DNA from: Thermoleophilia bacterium
GTDB lineage: Bacteria > Actinomycetota > Thermoleophilia > RBG-16-64-13
Length of the DNA stretch: 64,000 nt
Reading direction: 5' to 3'
NCBI GenBank assembly: GCA_040770645.1
Contig: JAXGIS010000003.1
Span: 1,278 to 65,277, forward strand
A program made the position numbers and the translations under genes. How positions within the stretch are numbered: position 1 is the stretch's first letter; every line of letters begins with the position of its first letter. The notes beneath the pieces are model-generated. The model had not been told where the DNA came from and ran no database searches. It was given only the letters and a program-made list of their open reading frames with translations. Of the stretch, positions 27,220 through 39,302 are shown piece after piece.

Positions 27220-28060
27220 ATGGCAATCAAGAACTACAAACCAACGTCCGCCGGCCGCCGGTTCCAGTCGGTACCCACGTTCGCCGAGATTACGACGGAC
27301 ACGCCCGAGAAGTCGCTGCTGGCTCCGATGTCCCGGAAGGCCGGACGCAACTCGTACGGCCGCATCACCACGCGACATCGGGGCGGCGGCCACAAACGAC
27401 GCTATCGCATCATCGATTTCAAAAGAGACAAGGACGGCGTGCCCGGCCGCGTGGCTTCCATCGAATACGATCCCAATCGCAGCTGCCGCATCGCGCTCAT
27501 TGTGTATGCGGACGGCGACAAGCGCTACATTCTGGCGCCGGCCAAGCTGGAGGTGGGCGATAAGGTGGAAGCTGGGCCCAACGCTGATATCAAGGTGGGC
27601 AACGCTCTCCCCATTCGTTTCATACCCCTTGGGCACGTTGTGCACAACGTGGAGCCTCTACAAGGGCCGCGGTGGCCAGATCGCGCGTTCGGCGGGGTGC
27701 TCGGCCCAGATTATGGCCAAAGAACGCGAGGGCAAGAACGCCCAGCTGCGGATGCCGTCCGGTGAGATCCGCAACGTGGACTCACGCTGCCGTGCCACGG
27801 TCGGCGAGGTCGGCAACGCCGAGCAGTCGAACCTCAACTGGGGCAAGGCCGGCCGGATGCGCTGGAAGGGCAAGCGTCCCACCGTGCGTGGCGTCGTGAT
27901 GAACCCGGTGGACCATCCGCACGGCGGCGGAGAGGGCTCCACCACCCCGGGCCGCAACCCTGTGACGCCGTGGGGTATCCCCACGCTTGGGCACCGCACG
28001 CGCCGTAAGGGTAAGCCTTCGGACAAATACATTGTCAGGCGTCGTGGGTCTGGCAGGTAG
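27220..28060 (+). CDS. rplB: 50S ribosomal protein L2, one frameshift as assembled
   Basis: The N-terminal part runs to HNVE (track ORF 27220-27765). It continues as [14 protein letters not shown]...[16 protein letters not shown] in ORF 27500-28060. An extra C at about 27654-56 (GAGCCTC versus GAGCTC) explains the shift. Confidence 0.9.
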
Positions 28061-28069
28061 GAGGGCGCC

Positions 28070-28351
28070 GTGACACGATCAAGCAAGAAGCCACCGTTTG
28101 TGGAAGAACGACTCATGCAACGCATCGAGCGCATGAATGAGACCGGTGAGAAACGTATGCTCAAGAGTTGGTCGCGAGCATCGACTATCTATCCGGAGAT
28201 GGTGGGCCACACCATTGCGGTACACGACGGCCGCAAGCATGTGCCCATATACATCACCGAATCCATGGTTGGTCACAAGTTGGGCGAGTTCGCTCTGACC
28301 CGCACTTTCCGTGGCCATGCCGGCGACAAGGAAAAGCGGCGGAGGAGGTAG
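28070..28351 (+). CDS. rpsS: 30S ribosomal protein S19
   Basis: Intact 93 aa containing [28 protein letters not shown]. Confidence 0.95.
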   Translation: MTRSSKKPPFVEERLMQRIERMNETGEKRMLKSWSRASTIYPEMVGHTIAVHDGRKHVPIYITESMVGHKLGEFALTRTFRGHAGDKEKRRRR

Positions 28352-28353
28352 AC

Positions 28354-28692
28354 GTGGTAAGCGCAACGGCCAAGTACGTGCGCGTATCGCCGCGCAAGGC
28401 TCGCCTGATGGTTGATCTCATCCGCGGCAAGTCGGTCAAAGATGCGAAGGCCATCCTGGCCTTGACGCCGCGCGGTGCGGCGCCGATTGTCGGGAAGGTA
28501 TTGGCTTCGGCCGTCGCCAATGCGGAGAATAACCAGGATCTCTCACCCGATGAGCTCGTAGTTGCCCGGGCATACGTGGATGAGGGCCCCACGCTCAAGC
28601 GTTTCCGGCCGCGGGCCATGGGCCGTGCCAGCCGGATACGCAAGCGGACCAGCCACATCACCGTTTCGGTAGAGGAAAGGAAGGTGTCGTAA
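28354..28692 (+). CDS. rplV: 50S ribosomal protein L22
   Basis: GTG at 28354 follows GGAGGAGG and gives (M)[25 protein letters not shown]. The track ORF extends upstream into rpsS. Confidence 0.9.
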   Translation: MVSATAKYVRVSPRKARLMVDLIRGKSVKDAKAILALTPRGAAPIVGKVLASAVANAENNQDLSPDELVVARAYVDEGPTLKRFRPRAMGRASRIRKRTSHITVSVEERKVS

Positions 28693-28695
28693 GCC

Positions 28696-29403
28696 GTGGG
28701 CCAGAAAGTCCATCCCCGGGGTATGCGCCTGGGCATCATCCATACCTGGAAGGCTCACTGGTACAACGAGCGCAACTTCGCCGACCTGCTGGCCGAAGAT
28801 CTGGCTATCCGTGGCCATATCCAACGGAAACTGGGGCATGCCGGCCTGTCCGATATCATCATCCGCAAGGATACCAATAAGGTTGTAATAGACATCTTCA
28901 CTGCGCGACCGGGTATCGTCATCGGCAAGTCCGGCTCGGAAGTGGATGCCCTGCGTCGTGATATCCACGGTATGACCGGCAAGAACGTGCAGGTCAATAT
29001 CACTGAGATCAAGCGCCCGGAGTTGGACGCCAGCCTGGTGGCCCAGTCCATTGCGGAGCAACTGTCGAACCGTGTGAGTTTTCGACGCGCCATGAAGCGG
29101 GCCATCACCTCGGCGATGCGTTCGGGGGCCGCCGGCATCAAGGTCAAATCGGGTGGTCGTTTGGGTGGCGCCGAAATGGCGCGGGTGGAAGGCTACAGCG
29201 AAGGGCGGGTGCCGTTGCACACGCTCCGCGCTGACATCGATTACGGTTTCAGCGAAGCCGATACCACTTTCGGGAAGATCGGCGTGAAGGTGTGGATCAA
29301 CAAGGGCGAGATCATGCCCGAAGGCTACGAGCAGGGTCGTAAGAAGGGCCCGGCGCTGGGTGTGGGCGATGAGCGCCCACGTTCGGCCGCTCGAGGCGAA
29401 TGA
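28696..29403 (+). CDS. rpsC: 30S ribosomal protein S3
   Basis: Intact 235 aa beginning [14 protein letters not shown]. Confidence 0.95.
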   Translation: MGQKVHPRGMRLGIIHTWKAHWYNERNFADLLAEDLAIRGHIQRKLGHAGLSDIIIRKDTNKVVIDIFTARPGIVIGKSGSEVDALRRDIHGMTGKNVQVNITEIKRPELDASLVAQSIAEQLSNRVSFRRAMKRAITSAMRSGAAGIKVKSGGRLGGAEMARVEGYSEGRVPLHTLRADIDYGFSEADTTFGKIGVKVWINKGEIMPEGYEQGRKKGPALGVGDERPRSAARGE

Positions 29404-29439
29404 GCCGCAAGGCCTCAGTGGTAGAAAAACGAGGTTACG

Positions 29440-29865
29440 ATGCTACTGCCAAAACGAGTTAAGCACCGCAAGGAACAACGGGGCCGCATGAAGGGTGAGT
29501 CGAAGGGACAGACCACGGTCCAGTTCGGCGAATACGGCCTTCAGGCTCTGTCGTGCGGTTGGATCACAAATCGTCAGATCGAGGCGGCGCGTATCGCGAT
29601 CACCCGCAAGATTCGCCGGGGTGGCAAGGTGTGGATCAACATATTCCCGCACAAGCCCATCTCTAAGAAGCCGGCCGAGACCCGTATGGGTTCCGGGAAA
29701 GGTTCACCCGATAAGTGGGTGGCGGTGATCAAGCCTGGAAGAGTCATGTTTGAACTCGCCGGCGTGCCCCAGGAACTGGCTAAGGAAGCCATTAGGTTGG
29801 CGTCACACAAACTCCCGGTGAAGTGCAGGTTCGTTGTCAGGGAGGAGGCGGGCGTTGAAGAGTAA
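29440..29865 (+). CDS. rplP: 50S ribosomal protein L16
   Basis: Intact 141 aa beginning [19 protein letters not shown]. Confidence 0.95.
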   Translation: MLLPKRVKHRKEQRGRMKGESKGQTTVQFGEYGLQALSCGWITNRQIEAARIAITRKIRRGGKVWINIFPHKPISKKPAETRMGSGKGSPDKWVAVIKPGRVMFELAGVPQELAKEAIRLASHKLPVKCRFVVREEAGVEE

Positions 29866-30055
29866 GAACTTGATTGAGTTGGCGGACCATGAGCTGGAAC
29901 AGAAGCTCAAGCAGTCCCGGGAAGAGCTCTTCAATCTGCGTTTTCAGCACGCCACCGGTCAGCTGGACAACACGGCGCGGCTCAACCAGGTCCGGCGCGA
30001 CATTGCACGGATCCTGACTGTACAGAGCGCCCGGAAGCAGGTGAAGGAGCGCTAG
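29855..30055 (+). CDS. rpmC: 50S ribosomal protein L29
   Basis: TTG at 29855 gives (M)[39 protein letters not shown]. The track ORF starts at 29834, inside rplP. Confidence 0.85.
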   Translation: MKSKNLIELADHELEQKLKQSREELFNLRFQHATGQLDNTARLNQVRRDIARILTVQSARKQVKER

Positions 30056-30319
30056 ATGTCAGGAGAGCCAAAATCACGGCAGAGGGAGCGTCAGGGCGTA
30101 GTGGTCTCGGACAAGATGGAGAAGACCATCGTGGTCGAGGTGACCAGCGTGAAGCCGCACCCCCTGTATCAGAAAATCGTGCGCCGTACCAATAGGTTGA
30201 AGGCCCACGACGAGAGCAATGAGGCCCGTATTGGAGATACGGTGCTGGTGCGCGAGTGCCGCCCGCTTGCCCGGTCGAAGTTCTGGCGCCTCGTACAGAT
30301 ACTGGAGCGGGCCAAGTAG
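30056..30319 (+). CDS. rpsQ: 30S ribosomal protein S17
   Basis: Intact 87 aa containing [18 protein letters not shown]. Confidence 0.93.
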   Translation: MSGEPKSRQRERQGVVVSDKMEKTIVVEVTSVKPHPLYQKIVRRTNRLKAHDESNEARIGDTVLVRECRPLARSKFWRLVQILERAK

Positions 30320-30371
30320 GCCGTTGGGCCGGCAGGTCGGGCTCCTCTAAGTCTGAGGGACGGGATACCGC

Positions 30372-30740
30372 ATGATTCAGCAGGAAACGAGACTCAAGGT
30401 GGCCGATAACACCGGCGCCCGCGAGCTTCTCTGCATTCGCGTCAAGGGCGGTGCCAGGCATCGCTATGCGAGTGTGGGTGACATCATCGTGGGCACGGTT
30501 AAGGAAGCCACGCCCGGGGCCAACGTCAAAAAGGGTGACGTTGTACAGGCGGTGGTGGTCCGGGTCAAGAAGTCGTTCGGCAGGGCCGACGGCACTTATA
30601 TTGGTTTTGATGAAAACGCGGCCGTGCTCATCGATAGGCAGATGAACCCGCGGGGGACACGCATCTTTGGCCCGGTGGCCAGGGAGCTGCGCGAGAGGAA
30701 TTTCGCCAAGATCGTCTCGTTGGCCCCGGAGGTTCTGTGA
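30372..30740 (+). CDS. rplN: 50S ribosomal protein L14
   Basis: Intact 122 aa beginning [18 protein letters not shown]. Confidence 0.96.
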   Translation: MIQQETRLKVADNTGARELLCIRVKGGARHRYASVGDIIVGTVKEATPGANVKKGDVVQAVVVRVKKSFGRADGTYIGFDENAAVLIDRQMNPRGTRIFGPVARELRERNFAKIVSLAPEVL

Positions 30741-31063
30741 TGGGCGGCTACAAGATCAAGAAGGGCGACACTGTAGAGGTGATCCAGGGCAAAGAGAAGG
30801 GCAAGCGCGGCAAGGTGCTTCACGTTCTCACTGCCGAAGGCCGCGTTGTTGTGGAACGGGTCAACTTCATCAAGCGACATGTACGCCCCACGCAGAAGAA
30901 CCCCCAGGGTGGGGTCATCGAGCGCGAGGGGAGCATGGATATTTCGACTATCAAGTTGGTGTGCCCCGGTTGTGGCAAGGCTGCCCGTGTGGGCATGCGG
31001 CAGGAAGGCGATGTGAAGACCCGTTACTGCAAGCTCTGCAACGTCCAGGTGGATAAGGGTTGA
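30740..31063 (+). CDS. rplX: 50S ribosomal protein L24
   Basis: The KOW motif [22 protein letters not shown] is present. The start is ATG 30740 or GTG 30737, overlapping the rplN stop. Confidence 0.9.
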   Translation: MGGYKIKKGDTVEVIQGKEKGKRGKVLHVLTAEGRVVVERVNFIKRHVRPTQKNPQGGVIEREGSMDISTIKLVCPGCGKAARVGMRQEGDVKTRYCKLCNVQVDKG

Positions 31064-31065
31064 CC

Positions 31066-31614
31066 ATGACAACGGCGAGATTGAAAGACAAGTATCTCAA
31101 GCAGGTCGTGCCGGAACTCATGGAGGAATTCGGCTACAAAAACATCATGGAAGTGCCCAAGGTCACCAAGGTGACTGTCAACATGGGTGTGGGTGAGGCG
31201 GCTCAGGACGCCAAGGTCCTGGAAGAGGCCTCAAACCAACTCGGCCTTATAACCGGCCAGAAACCGCAACTGCGCAGGGCCCGCAAGTCGGTGGCCAACT
31301 TCAAGATCCGTACGGGTATGCCCGTCGGTCTACGGGTCACCCTGCGTGGTGAGAGGATGTATGAGCTGCTCGATCGGATCACCAGCATTGCGCTGCCTCG
31401 CATTCGCGACTTTCGCGGGATTCCGGTTACCGGGTTTGACGGGCAGGGCAACTACAGCTTTGGATTGAAAGAGCAGAGCATCTTCCCGGAGATCGACTAC
31501 GACAAGATCGACCGCAGTCGCGGGATGGACATCTGTATCACGACCACGGCCAGGACCGACGAGGAAGGGCGTGCGCTGCTGCGTAAGTTGGGCATGCCGT
31601 TCCGTGCGAGTTGA
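31066..31614 (+). CDS. rplE: 50S ribosomal protein L5
   Basis: ATG 31066 gives [22 protein letters not shown]. The track ORF starts at TTG 31060. Confidence 0.92.
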   Translation: MTTARLKDKYLKQVVPELMEEFGYKNIMEVPKVTKVTVNMGVGEAAQDAKVLEEASNQLGLITGQKPQLRRARKSVANFKIRTGMPVGLRVTLRGERMYELLDRITSIALPRIRDFRGIPVTGFDGQGNYSFGLKEQSIFPEIDYDKIDRSRGMDICITTTARTDEEGRALLRKLGMPFRAS

Positions 31615-31633
31615 GTGAGGGAGAAGCAGGAGA

Positions 31634-31819
31634 ATGGCAAAGAAATCCCTGGTCGCCAAAGCGAAGCGCCCGGCGCGGTTCCAGGTGCGCGCGTATAACC
31701 GCTGTGCTCGTTGCGGACGCCCGCGGGGCTACTTCCGCAAGTTCGGCCTCTGCCGGATCTGCCTGCGTGATCTCGCCCACCAGGGCGTTATCCCCGGCGT
31801 GACCAAGGCCAGCTGGTAA
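31634..31819 (+). CDS. rpsZ: 30S ribosomal protein S14 type Z (Zn-binding, 61 aa)
   Basis: The short form, with [20 protein letters not shown]. Confidence 0.93.
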   Translation: MAKKSLVAKAKRPARFQVRAYNRCARCGRPRGYFRKFGLCRICLRDLAHQGVIPGVTKASW

Positions 31820-31828
31820 GGGGGCATC

Positions 31829-32227
31829 ATGTCGCAGACCGATCCCATAGCCGACATGCTCACCCGCATCCGGAACGCCAACAAGGCGCTCCATCTGCGG
31901 ACGGAGATGCCGGCTTCACGCATGAAGCTTGAACTCGCCCGCATCCTCAAAGATGAGGGCTACATAGCTGATTACCGCCTAGTCAAGGGCGAGGCTTACG
32001 ACACACTGGTGATCGAACTCAAGTACACAGAAGAGCGCCGGCGCGTCATCAGCCAGCTCAAGCGGGTCAGCAAGCCGGGTCGTCGCATCTATGCCGGCAA
32101 GGACAAGTTGCCCAAGGTCCTCGGTGGGCTGGGTATAGCTGTCCTTTCCACCTCCCGGGGCGTCATGACCGCCCTGGAGGCAAAACGGCAGGGTGTCGGC
32201 GGCGAAGTCGTCTGTTTTGTGTGGTAG
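31829..32227 (+). CDS. rpsH: 30S ribosomal protein S8
   Basis: Intact 132 aa beginning [13 protein letters not shown]. Confidence 0.95.
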   Translation: MSQTDPIADMLTRIRNANKALHLRTEMPASRMKLELARILKDEGYIADYRLVKGEAYDTLVIELKYTEERRRVISQLKRVSKPGRRIYAGKDKLPKVLGGLGIAVLSTSRGVMTALEAKRQGVGGEVVCFVW

Positions 32228-32231
32228 TGGC

Positions 32232-32765
32232 ATGTCAAGAATCGGAAGAGCACCCATACCAGTTCCAAGCGGGGTCGAGATCGTCATCGATGGCAACCGC
32301 GTCGATGTCAAGGGCCCCAAAGGCAGACTGGCACACGAGTTTGACCCGGACATGCAGATCGATCTCTCTGACGGAGTCCTGCAGGTATCACGTCCCACTG
32401 ATTCGGCTTCGCACCGTTCCATGCACGGACTCACGCGCACGTTGCTCGCCAACATGGTGACCGGAGTGTCGGAGGGATTCCAGAAGCGGTTGGAGATTGT
32501 TGGCGTGGGTTACCGCGCAGCCCTGAAAGGCAAGGACTTAGAGGTGTTGGTCGGGTACTCGCACCCAGTGGTTGTCAATCCGCCAGAGAACATCGAGTTC
32601 GAAGTGCCGGCGCCCACCCAGATCGTAGTCAAGGGGATCAGCAAGGAGCAGGTGGGCCAAGTGGCGGCCGATATCCGGGCCATCCGCTCACCGGAGCCGT
32701 ACAAGGGCAAGGGAATCCGCTATGCGAACGAGGTGGTTCGGCGCAAGGTCGGCAAACGGGCGTAG
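32232..32765 (+). CDS. rplF: 50S ribosomal protein L6
   Basis: ATG 32232 gives [17 protein letters not shown]. The track ORF extends upstream into rpsH. Confidence 0.93.
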   Translation: MSRIGRAPIPVPSGVEIVIDGNRVDVKGPKGRLAHEFDPDMQIDLSDGVLQVSRPTDSASHRSMHGLTRTLLANMVTGVSEGFQKRLEIVGVGYRAALKGKDLEVLVGYSHPVVVNPPENIEFEVPAPTQIVVKGISKEQVGQVAADIRAIRSPEPYKGKGIRYANEVVRRKVGKRA

Positions 32766-32784
32766 GTGAGTTAGGGAGACACAA

Positions 32785-33141
32785 ATGAGTATCATCGAGA
32801 AGAAGCAGATGGCCCGTGAGCGGCGTACCATGCGCGTCCGCAGTCGCGTCAAAGGCACGCCCGAGCGGCCGCGGCTCAGCGTCTTCCGTTCCAACCGATC
32901 TATCTACGCACAGGTGATCGACGACAGCACGGGTCGCACCTTGGTGGCCGCCACCAGCGGCGGGCTGGATGTTTCCGGCCTCTCCAAAAAGGAGCAAGCG
33001 GAGAAAGTGGGCGAGATGCTGGCGGAGCGCGCCAAGGCCCTCGGGGTGGAGAAGGTGGTCTTCGACCGCGGACCCTACCTGTATCACGGTCGCGTCAAGG
33101 CTTTGGCCGAGGGCGCCCGCCGTGGCGGCCTTGACTTCTGA
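32785..33141 (+). CDS. rplR: 50S ribosomal protein L18
   Basis: Intact 118 aa containing [18 protein letters not shown]. Confidence 0.95.
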   Translation: MSIIEKKQMARERRTMRVRSRVKGTPERPRLSVFRSNRSIYAQVIDDSTGRTLVAATSGGLDVSGLSKKEQAEKVGEMLAERAKALGVEKVVFDRGPYLYHGRVKALAEGARRGGLDF

Positions 33142-33153
33142 CGAACGAGAGGA

Positions 33154-33699
33154 ATGACTGTGGCACAGATCAAGGCTGACACACTGAATTTGCAAGAGAA
33201 CGTTATCGAGATCAACCGCGTGGCCAAGGTGGTCAAGGGCGGCCGGCGCTTCTCCTTCACTGCACTCGTGGCCGTCGGTGACGGTGAGAGCGTGGTGGGG
33301 GTGGGCTATGGCAAAGCCAAAGAAGTGCCCCTTGCCATCCAGAAGGCCATCGAGGATGCGAAGAAGAACCTCTTCGTGGTGCCCAAGCACGGCAGCACCA
33401 TCACTCACGGGATCACCGGCCGCTTTGGTGCCGGGCGGGTGCTCATGAGGCCGGCGGCTCCCGGTACGGGTGTCATTGCCGGTGGTGGGGTGCGGGCGGT
33501 CTTGGAGTTGGGCGGGGTGCGTGACGTCTTGACCAAGTGCCTCGGAACTACGAACCCCATCAACATGGTTCGCGCTGCGGAGGTTGCCCTCCGCTCCCTG
33601 CGCCGCCCCGAGGATATCGCCGCGCTGCGCGGCAAGACCGTGCGCGAGGTGCTGGGAATGGAACGGCCCGCAGAGCAGGCGCAGCCCGCGGGAGTGTGA
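33154..33699 (+). CDS. rpsE: 30S ribosomal protein S5
   Basis: Intact 181 aa containing [16 protein letters not shown]. Confidence 0.95.
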   Translation: MTVAQIKADTLNLQENVIEINRVAKVVKGGRRFSFTALVAVGDGESVVGVGYGKAKEVPLAIQKAIEDAKKNLFVVPKHGSTITHGITGRFGAGRVLMRPAAPGTGVIAGGGVRAVLELGGVRDVLTKCLGTTNPINMVRAAEVALRSLRRPEDIAALRGKTVREVLGMERPAEQAQPAGV

Positions 33700-33704
33700 G
33701 TTGA

Positions 33705-33896
33705 ATGCTACGTATCCGACAGGTCAAAAGCAACATCAATCGAAAACAAGATCACAAGGCCACACTGCGGGCGCTTGGTATCACCCGCATGGGTCAGACG
33801 GTCTATCACGATGACAACCCGGTGATCAGAGGCATGGTCAACAAGATCTCTTACATGCTGGAAGTCACCGAGGTCGAGCCAAAGAACGAGGCGTAG
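33705..33896 (+). CDS. rpmD: 50S ribosomal protein L30
   Basis: Intact 63 aa, with L30 sequence and operon position. Confidence 0.92.
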   Translation: MLRIRQVKSNINRKQDHKATLRALGITRMGQTVYHDDNPVIRGMVNKISYMLEVTEVEPKNEA

Positions 33897-33900
33897 ACAG

Positions 33901-34374
33901 ATGGCAGAGATCTTCCAGCATGATCTTCAGCCGGCTATCGGCTCGCGGAAGTCCCGGAAGAGGATCGGCCGCGGCGAGGGTTCCGGCTGGGGCAAGACAG
34001 CGGGGCGAGGTCACAAGGGCGCGAACTCGCGCTCAGGCGGCGGCGTGTCCGCTCGTTATGAGGGCGGCCAGATGCCGCTGCACATGAGACTACCGAAGCT
34101 TCGGGGACCCAGCGCCAAGACCGCCATGGCTATCGGCCCCTTCCGCACGTACATGACGCCCGTCAACCTGTCCCGGCTGGAGGGGTTTGCTGCGGGCGAT
34201 GTGGTGTCTCCCGAGACACTCATGGACAAGGGTATTATCAAGTCGCTTGGGGAGCGGGTGAAGATCCTGGCGTGTGGAGAGCTGGATCGCGCTCTTACGG
34301 TGAAAGCGCACGGTTTCAGTGCCGCTGCCAAGGCCAAGATCGAGGCCGCGGGGGGGACGGCTGAGACCCTATAG
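33901..34374 (+). CDS. rplO: 50S ribosomal protein L15
   Basis: Intact 157 aa containing RIGRGEGSGWGKTAGRGHKG. Confidence 0.95.
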   Translation: MAEIFQHDLQPAIGSRKSRKRIGRGEGSGWGKTAGRGHKGANSRSGGGVSARYEGGQMPLHMRLPKLRGPSAKTAMAIGPFRTYMTPVNLSRLEGFAAGDVVSPETLMDKGIIKSLGERVKILACGELDRALTVKAHGFSAAAKAKIEAAGGTAETL

Positions 34375-34420
34375 CCGTCGCCTGCATGTCTGAAAGGCGC
34401 ATTGTCACAATGGAGCGGAA

Positions 34421-35683
34421 ATGAACAGCATGTTCCAATCGCTGATGAATGCCTGGAAGTTGCCGGATCTTCGGAAACGGCTGCTTTTCACGGCAGCCAT
34501 CATCGCCATTTATCGGTTCGGCTGCTACATCCCGGTGCCGGGCGTTGATCTCCAAGCGCTGAAAGAGCTCACCACGGGTGGGGGCGTCTTCGCGTTCATG
34601 GACCTGTTTGTGGGAGGCGCGCTCGAGCGCGTGGCCGTGTTCGCTCTGGGTATCATGCCGTACATCACCGCATCGATCATATTCTCGCTGCTCACTGTGG
34701 TGGTGCCTTCGCTGGCTGCACTGGCCAAAGAAGGGGAGGCGGGGCAGAAAAAGATCAACCAGTACACCCGGTACTTCACCGGTATTCTGGGTTTCATCCA
34801 GTCGGTCTTCTTCGTGTTTCTGTTCCGGAGCCAGGGAGCGTTCACGGAGCAGAACCCACTCACTCCGCTCAGCTTCTACCTTATCGTGATGACCCTCACC
34901 GTCGGCACCATACTCATCATGTGGCTGGGTGAGCTCATTACTCAACGCGGTATCGGTAACGGCATGTCACTCCTCATATTCGCGAGTATCGTGTCCAGGC
35001 TGCCGGGCGGCCTCTACAAGATGTTCGGCACAACCAGCCCACTGACTTGGCTCCTGATGCTCGTGATCGCTCTCGCTGTGATCGCAGCTATCGTCCTCAT
35101 CCAAGAGGGGCAACGCCGTATTCCCATCCAGTACGCGAAGCGGGTTGTCGGCCGGCGCGTCTACGGTGGCCAGAGCACCTATTTGCCGCTGCGCATCAAC
35201 ATGGCGGGCGTTATCCCCGTCATTTTCGCGTCATCCGTGCTCATTCTGCCCGTGACACTGGCGCAGATGACGCCATGGTCATGGGCCAAGGCCTTGGCTG
35301 GGGCCATTGGACCGGGCACGTGGTGGTATCTGCTCGTGGAAGTGGGGCTCATTATCTTCTTCACTTTCTTCTACACCGCGGTTCAGTTCAACCCGCTGGA
35401 CCAGGCCGACAACTTGAAGAAGTACGGAGGCTTCATACCCGGTATCCGTCCGGGACGGCCCACTGCCCAGTACTTGGACAGAGTGCTCACCCGCATCACC
35501 CTGCCCGGTGCGCTCTTCTTGGCATCCATCGCCGCGCTTCCGCAGGTGCTGATCCAGGGGGTGGGTGTTCCCTTCTACTTCGGCGGCACATCCATTCTCA
35601 TCGTGGTGGGCGTGGCGCTCGACACTATGAAGCAGATGGAAGCACAACTCCTCATGCGCCATTATGAGGGTTTCTTGAAGTAA
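34421..35683 (+). CDS. secY: preprotein translocase subunit SecY
   Basis: Intact 420-aa polytopic membrane protein at the conserved position after rplO. Confidence 0.95.
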   Translation: MNSMFQSLMNAWKLPDLRKRLLFTAAIIAIYRFGCYIPVPGVDLQALKELTTGGGVFAFMDLFVGGALERVAVFALGIMPYITASIIFSLLTVVVPSLAALAKEGEAGQKKINQYTRYFTGILGFIQSVFFVFLFRSQGAFTEQNPLTPLSFYLIVMTLTVGTILIMWLGELITQRGIGNGMSLLIFASIVSRLPGGLYKMFGTTSPLTWLLMLVIALAVIAAIVLIQEGQRRIPIQYAKRVVGRRVYGGQSTYLPLRINMAGVIPVIFASSVLILPVTLAQMTPWSWAKALAGAIGPGTWWYLLVEVGLIIFFTFFYTAVQFNPLDQADNLKKYGGFIPGIRPGRPTAQYLDRVLTRITLPGALFLASIAALPQVLIQGVGVPFYFGGTSILIVVGVALDTMKQMEAQLLMRHYEGFLK

Positions 35684-35720
35684 GCCTCGTCCGCGACAGC
35701 GCCAGACTGGAAGGAGTGAC

Positions 35721-36380
35721 ATGGCACAGTTCGATCTGATCATTTTGGGCCCCCCGGGGGCGGGAAAGGGCACGCAGGCCAGCGGCATCGTGGAGGCGTA
35801 CGGAGTGCCTCACATCTCCACCGGCGACATGCTACGGGATGCGGTGAAGAACCAGACCGCCATGGGTCTGGAGGCAAAGAAATACATGGACAAGGGTGAG
35901 TTGGTACCCGATGAAGTGGTGATCGGTATTGTCAAGGATCGTCTCCAGCAGCCGGACACGGCCAAGGGATTCTTGCTGGATGGATTTCCCCGGACAATCC
36001 CGCAGGCCGAGGCACTCGACGTCATGTTGGCCGGCATCGAGCGCAATGTGGGCAAAGTCATTGCCATCCTGGTCGATGATGAGGCGCTCGTGAAGCGACT
36101 GACGGGCCGTCGCATATGTCGGGATTGCCAGGCCCCGGTGCACGTGGTGTTCAACCCGCCCAAAGTAGAGGGTGTCTGTGACAAGTGCGGTGGCGAACTG
36201 TACCAGCGCGACGACGACTCTGAAGCCACGGTGCGGAACCGCCTCGAGGTCTATCGGAGACAGACCGAGCCCCTCATTGAGTATTACGATAAGCAGGGCG
36301 TGGTTGCACGGATAGACGGTGACCAGGCACCCGCTGCTGTCCTGGAAGACGTCAAGGCGGCGATTGGCCCGGCGGCCTGA
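35721..36380 (+). CDS. adk: adenylate kinase (Zn-binding LID)
   Basis: P-loop [11 protein letters not shown], plus LID cysteines CRDCQ...CDKCG. Confidence 0.95.
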   Translation: MAQFDLIILGPPGAGKGTQASGIVEAYGVPHISTGDMLRDAVKNQTAMGLEAKKYMDKGELVPDEVVIGIVKDRLQQPDTAKGFLLDGFPRTIPQAEALDVMLAGIERNVGKVIAILVDDEALVKRLTGRRICRDCQAPVHVVFNPPKVEGVCDKCGGELYQRDDDSEATVRNRLEVYRRQTEPLIEYYDKQGVVARIDGDQAPAAVLEDVKAAIGPAA

Positions 36381-36428
36381 TAAGCGTCACCGGAAGGCCC
36401 AGGGCCGAATTCGCTTAGGAGCGACGGC

Positions 36429-37175
36429 GTGATCATTCGCAAGTCCCCTGCCGAAATCGAGTTGATTGCGCAGGCCGGCTGTGTGTTGCGAGGGTGCCTG
36501 GACATGCTGGTGGAGGCTGCTCAGCCCGGAGTGAGCACCCGAGAGCTCGATCGGAAGGCGGAGGAGTTCATTCGCAGTAGGGGTGGAGTGCCCACTTTCA
36601 AGGGGTATCGTGGTTACCCCGCCTCCATTTGCGCGTCGCCGAACGACATGGTGGTGCACGGTATCCCGGGCCCGACCATATTGAAGAACGGAGACATTCT
36701 CGGCATCGATGTGGGAGTGACCCTCCGGGACTATGTGGCAGACGCCGCCCTGAGCATAGGTATCGGCGAGGTGACTCCGGAGTCCCAAGCGCTCATGGAC
36801 GCGACAAAACGCTCAGTGGAGCTTGCCATTGAGCAGTGCGTGGTGGGTAATCGAGTGGGTGACATATCCCACGCAGTGCAGTCGTACGTGGAGGCGCTGG
36901 GGTACTCCGTGGTGCGGGCGTTGGTGGGGCACGGAGTCGGCCGGGAGATGCACGAGGACCCCCAGGTGCCGAACTTCGGGCCCCCAGGACAGGGTCCGCG
37001 TCTTCTGGAGGGTATGGTGCTGGCCATTGAGCCCATGGTTAACATGGGTGGGCCAGAAGTGGAAGTGGGTTCCGACAACTGGGCCGTGTTCACCAAAGAC
37101 GGCAGTTTGTCGGCCCACTTCGAGCATACGGTGGCCATCACGGCGGATGGTCCGCGAGTGCTGACCGTGTGCTAA
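36429..37175 (+). CDS. map: type I methionine aminopeptidase
   Basis: Intact 248 aa with a GTG start and the MetAP pita-bread motifs (VVHGIPG, DVGV, GHGVGREMHE). Confidence 0.93.
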   Translation: MIIRKSPAEIELIAQAGCVLRGCLDMLVEAAQPGVSTRELDRKAEEFIRSRGGVPTFKGYRGYPASICASPNDMVVHGIPGPTILKNGDILGIDVGVTLRDYVADAALSIGIGEVTPESQALMDATKRSVELAIEQCVVGNRVGDISHAVQSYVEALGYSVVRALVGHGVGREMHEDPQVPNFGPPGQGPRLLEGMVLAIEPMVNMGGPEVEVGSDNWAVFTKDGSLSAHFEHTVAITADGPRVLTVC

Positions 37176-37224
37176 GATAATCGTTCGGCTGCTGTAGATG
37201 CGGTAGGAGGTGGTGCAGCTAACT

Positions 37225-37446
37225 GTGTCTCCTAAAGAAGATGCCATAGAGCTCGAAGGAGAGGTAGTTGAAGCCTTGCCCAACACGATGTTCAGGGTGA
37301 GACTCGACAATGACCATGAAGTGCTGGCACACATCTCCGGGAAGATGCGGATGAATTACATCAGGATCCTGCCTGGGGACAAGGTCAAAGTGGAGCTCTC
37401 TCCCTATGATCTGGGGCGAGGTCGCATCACTTACCGCTTCAAGTAA
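37225..37446 (+). CDS. infA: translation initiation factor IF-1
   Basis: GTG 37225 gives (M)[41 protein letters not shown] (73 aa). Upstream GTGs at 37210 and 37213 are possible starts. Confidence 0.85.
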   Translation: MSPKEDAIELEGEVVEALPNTMFRVRLDNDHEVLAHISGKMRMNYIRILPGDKVKVELSPYDLGRGRITYRFK

Positions 37447-37632
37447 CGGTGTTGGTCCGCCCCCGATAGCCCGGGGGCTGTACATAGGTGGCCCGGAGGG
37501 ACTCTCCCTAGTACGCGCGCTCCCTGTTATGGGGTAGCCGTGTGGAAGAGGAGTGCGGCTGCTCGAAGTCCTGAGCGGGTCTGTTTGGTAATCACGGACT
37601 CTGACCGGTCCGGCGGAATCAAGAGGTAGGGC

Positions 37633-37746
37633 ATGAAGGTAAGAGCGTCGGTGAAGCCGATGTGCGAGAAATGCAAAGTCATACGTCGCCGTGGCACCGT
37701 CCTCGTCATCTGCCAGAATCCGCGCCACAAGCAGCGGCAGGGATAG
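37633..37746 (+). CDS. rpmJ: 50S ribosomal protein L36 (Zn type)
   Basis: Manual translation gives [37 protein letters not shown]. At 37 aa it is below the ORF-track length cutoff. Confidence 0.92.
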   Translation: MKVRASVKPMCEKCKVIRRRGTVLVICQNPRHKQRQG

Positions 37747-37760
37747 GGGCGGGACGGGCC

Positions 37761-38138
37761 ATGGCACGAATTTCGGGGGTTACGCTGCCCCGTGAGAAGC
37801 GCGTTGAGGTGGGTCTGACCTACATCTACGGCATCGGTCGGTCAACGTCCATCAAAGTATTGGGCGCACTGGGTATCAATCCGGATACCTACGTCAAGGA
37901 TTTGACCGAAGATGAGGAGATTCGTCTACGCGGCTACATTGATGACCACGTTCTGGTTGAGGGTGATCTGCGCCGTGAACGCAGCCAAAATATCAAGCGC
38001 CTCATGGAGATCGGCTGCTATCGCGGTATCCGCCATCGGCGCGGTATGCCCGTCCACGGGCAGCGCACCAAGACCAACGCTCGTGTGCGCAAAGGCCACA
38101 AGCCTACCGTGGGCGTGAAGAAGAAGGCGCGGGCATAG
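37761..38138 (+). CDS. rpsM: 30S ribosomal protein S13
   Basis: ATG 37761 gives [26 protein letters not shown]. The track ORF extends upstream across rpmJ. Confidence 0.93.
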   Translation: MARISGVTLPREKRVEVGLTYIYGIGRSTSIKVLGALGINPDTYVKDLTEDEEIRLRGYIDDHVLVEGDLRRERSQNIKRLMEIGCYRGIRHRRGMPVHGQRTKTNARVRKGHKPTVGVKKKARA

Positions 38139-38181
38139 GCCGGCGGCTGAGTTCGAAACGAGAAGGACGGGATACGCAAAG

Positions 38182-38583
38182 ATGTCCAAGCCCAGACGTG
38201 AAGGGTCGCGCACCCGGCGGCGCAGAGTGCGTAAGAACATCGCCGTGGGCAACGCCTATATCAAGACATCATTCAACAACACACTTGTGACCCTTACCGA
38301 CAAAGAAGGAAACGTTATTTCTTGGGCCAGCGCAGGCTCGGCCGGTTTCAAGGGTTCCAGGAAGTCCACCCCGTTCGCCGCGCAGGTCACTGCAGAGAAA
38401 GCGGCTAGAGCGGGCATGGAGCATGGTCTGCAGAAGGTTGACGTATTTGTGCGCGGGCCGGGCAGTGGTCGGGAGACGGCCATTCGCTCCCTGCAGGCCG
38501 CGGGCTTGGATGTGACGAGTGTCAAAGACGTCACTCCCATCCCGCACAACGGATGCCGCCCCAAGAAGCGGCGCCGGGTCTAG
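38182..38583 (+). CDS. rpsK: 30S ribosomal protein S11
   Basis: Intact 133 aa containing [20 protein letters not shown]. Confidence 0.95.
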   Translation: MSKPRREGSRTRRRRVRKNIAVGNAYIKTSFNNTLVTLTDKEGNVISWASAGSAGFKGSRKSTPFAAQVTAEKAARAGMEHGLQKVDVFVRGPGSGRETAIRSLQAAGLDVTSVKDVTPIPHNGCRPKKRRRV

Positions 38584-38614
38584 GAAAGACTGAAGAGGTC
38601 CGGAGAACCGAGCT

Positions 38615-39241
38615 ATGGCAAGAGATACATCGGCGCAGTGCAAGCAGTGCCGTCGGGAGGGCGAGAAGCTCTTCCTCAAAGGCGAGCGGTGCCTCACCGA
38701 CAAGTGCGCGGTGGGCAGGCGCTCCTACCCGCCGGGCGAGCACGGTCGAGGCCGCCGGCGCAAGCAATCGGAGTACCTTGCGCAGTTGCGCGAGAAACAA
38801 AAAGCACGTCGATACTACGGCCTGCTGGAAAAACAGTTCCACGGCCTATACGAGATAGCCAGCCGTCAGCCGGGCGTTACGGGCGAGAACCTTCTTCGGC
38901 TTCTCGAGTTGCGTCTCGACAACGTGGTGTACCGGCTTGGTTTTGGAGCATCGCGACGCCAAGCGCGTCAACTGATCCGTCATGGGCACTTCCAGGTAAA
39001 CGGTCGGCGGGTGGACATACCCAGCTATCGGGTCCGGCCGGAGGATCAGATCGCGGCCGCGCCCACGTCGGCGGGAGCCAAGACCGCTATCGAGGAAGCG
39101 ACCGACTTGACTGCTTCGGTCCCGGCGTGGCTCCAGGCGGATCACGACAACCTGACGGGCAAGGTACTGCGTGTGCCCATGCGTGACGACGTGGATATAC
39201 CGGTGCAGGAACAACTCATCGTGGAGCTCTACTCGAAGTAG
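38615..39241 (+). CDS. rpsD: 30S ribosomal protein S4
   Basis: Intact 208 aa with the Zn-type N-terminus [18 protein letters not shown]. Confidence 0.95.
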   Translation: MARDTSAQCKQCRREGEKLFLKGERCLTDKCAVGRRSYPPGEHGRGRRRKQSEYLAQLREKQKARRYYGLLEKQFHGLYEIASRQPGVTGENLLRLLELRLDNVVYRLGFGASRRQARQLIRHGHFQVNGRRVDIPSYRVRPEDQIAAAPTSAGAKTAIEEATDLTASVPAWLQADHDNLTGKVLRVPMRDDVDIPVQEQLIVELYSK

Positions 39242-39302
39242 CAGTCCCGGCGGCAAATGCTGGAGTCGGAGGCCGCAGCGTCTTCGGCAGGCTTAGGAGG
39301 CT

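Noticed and set aside
37447-37632. Unusually long (186 nt) infA-rpmJ spacer with short hairpins (GCCCCC/GGGGGC near 37460-37480, CGGAC/GTCCG near 37585-37605)
   Set aside because: The stems are short with no T-tracts. I recognise no RNA family and see no convincing ORF on either strand. It is noted but not called.
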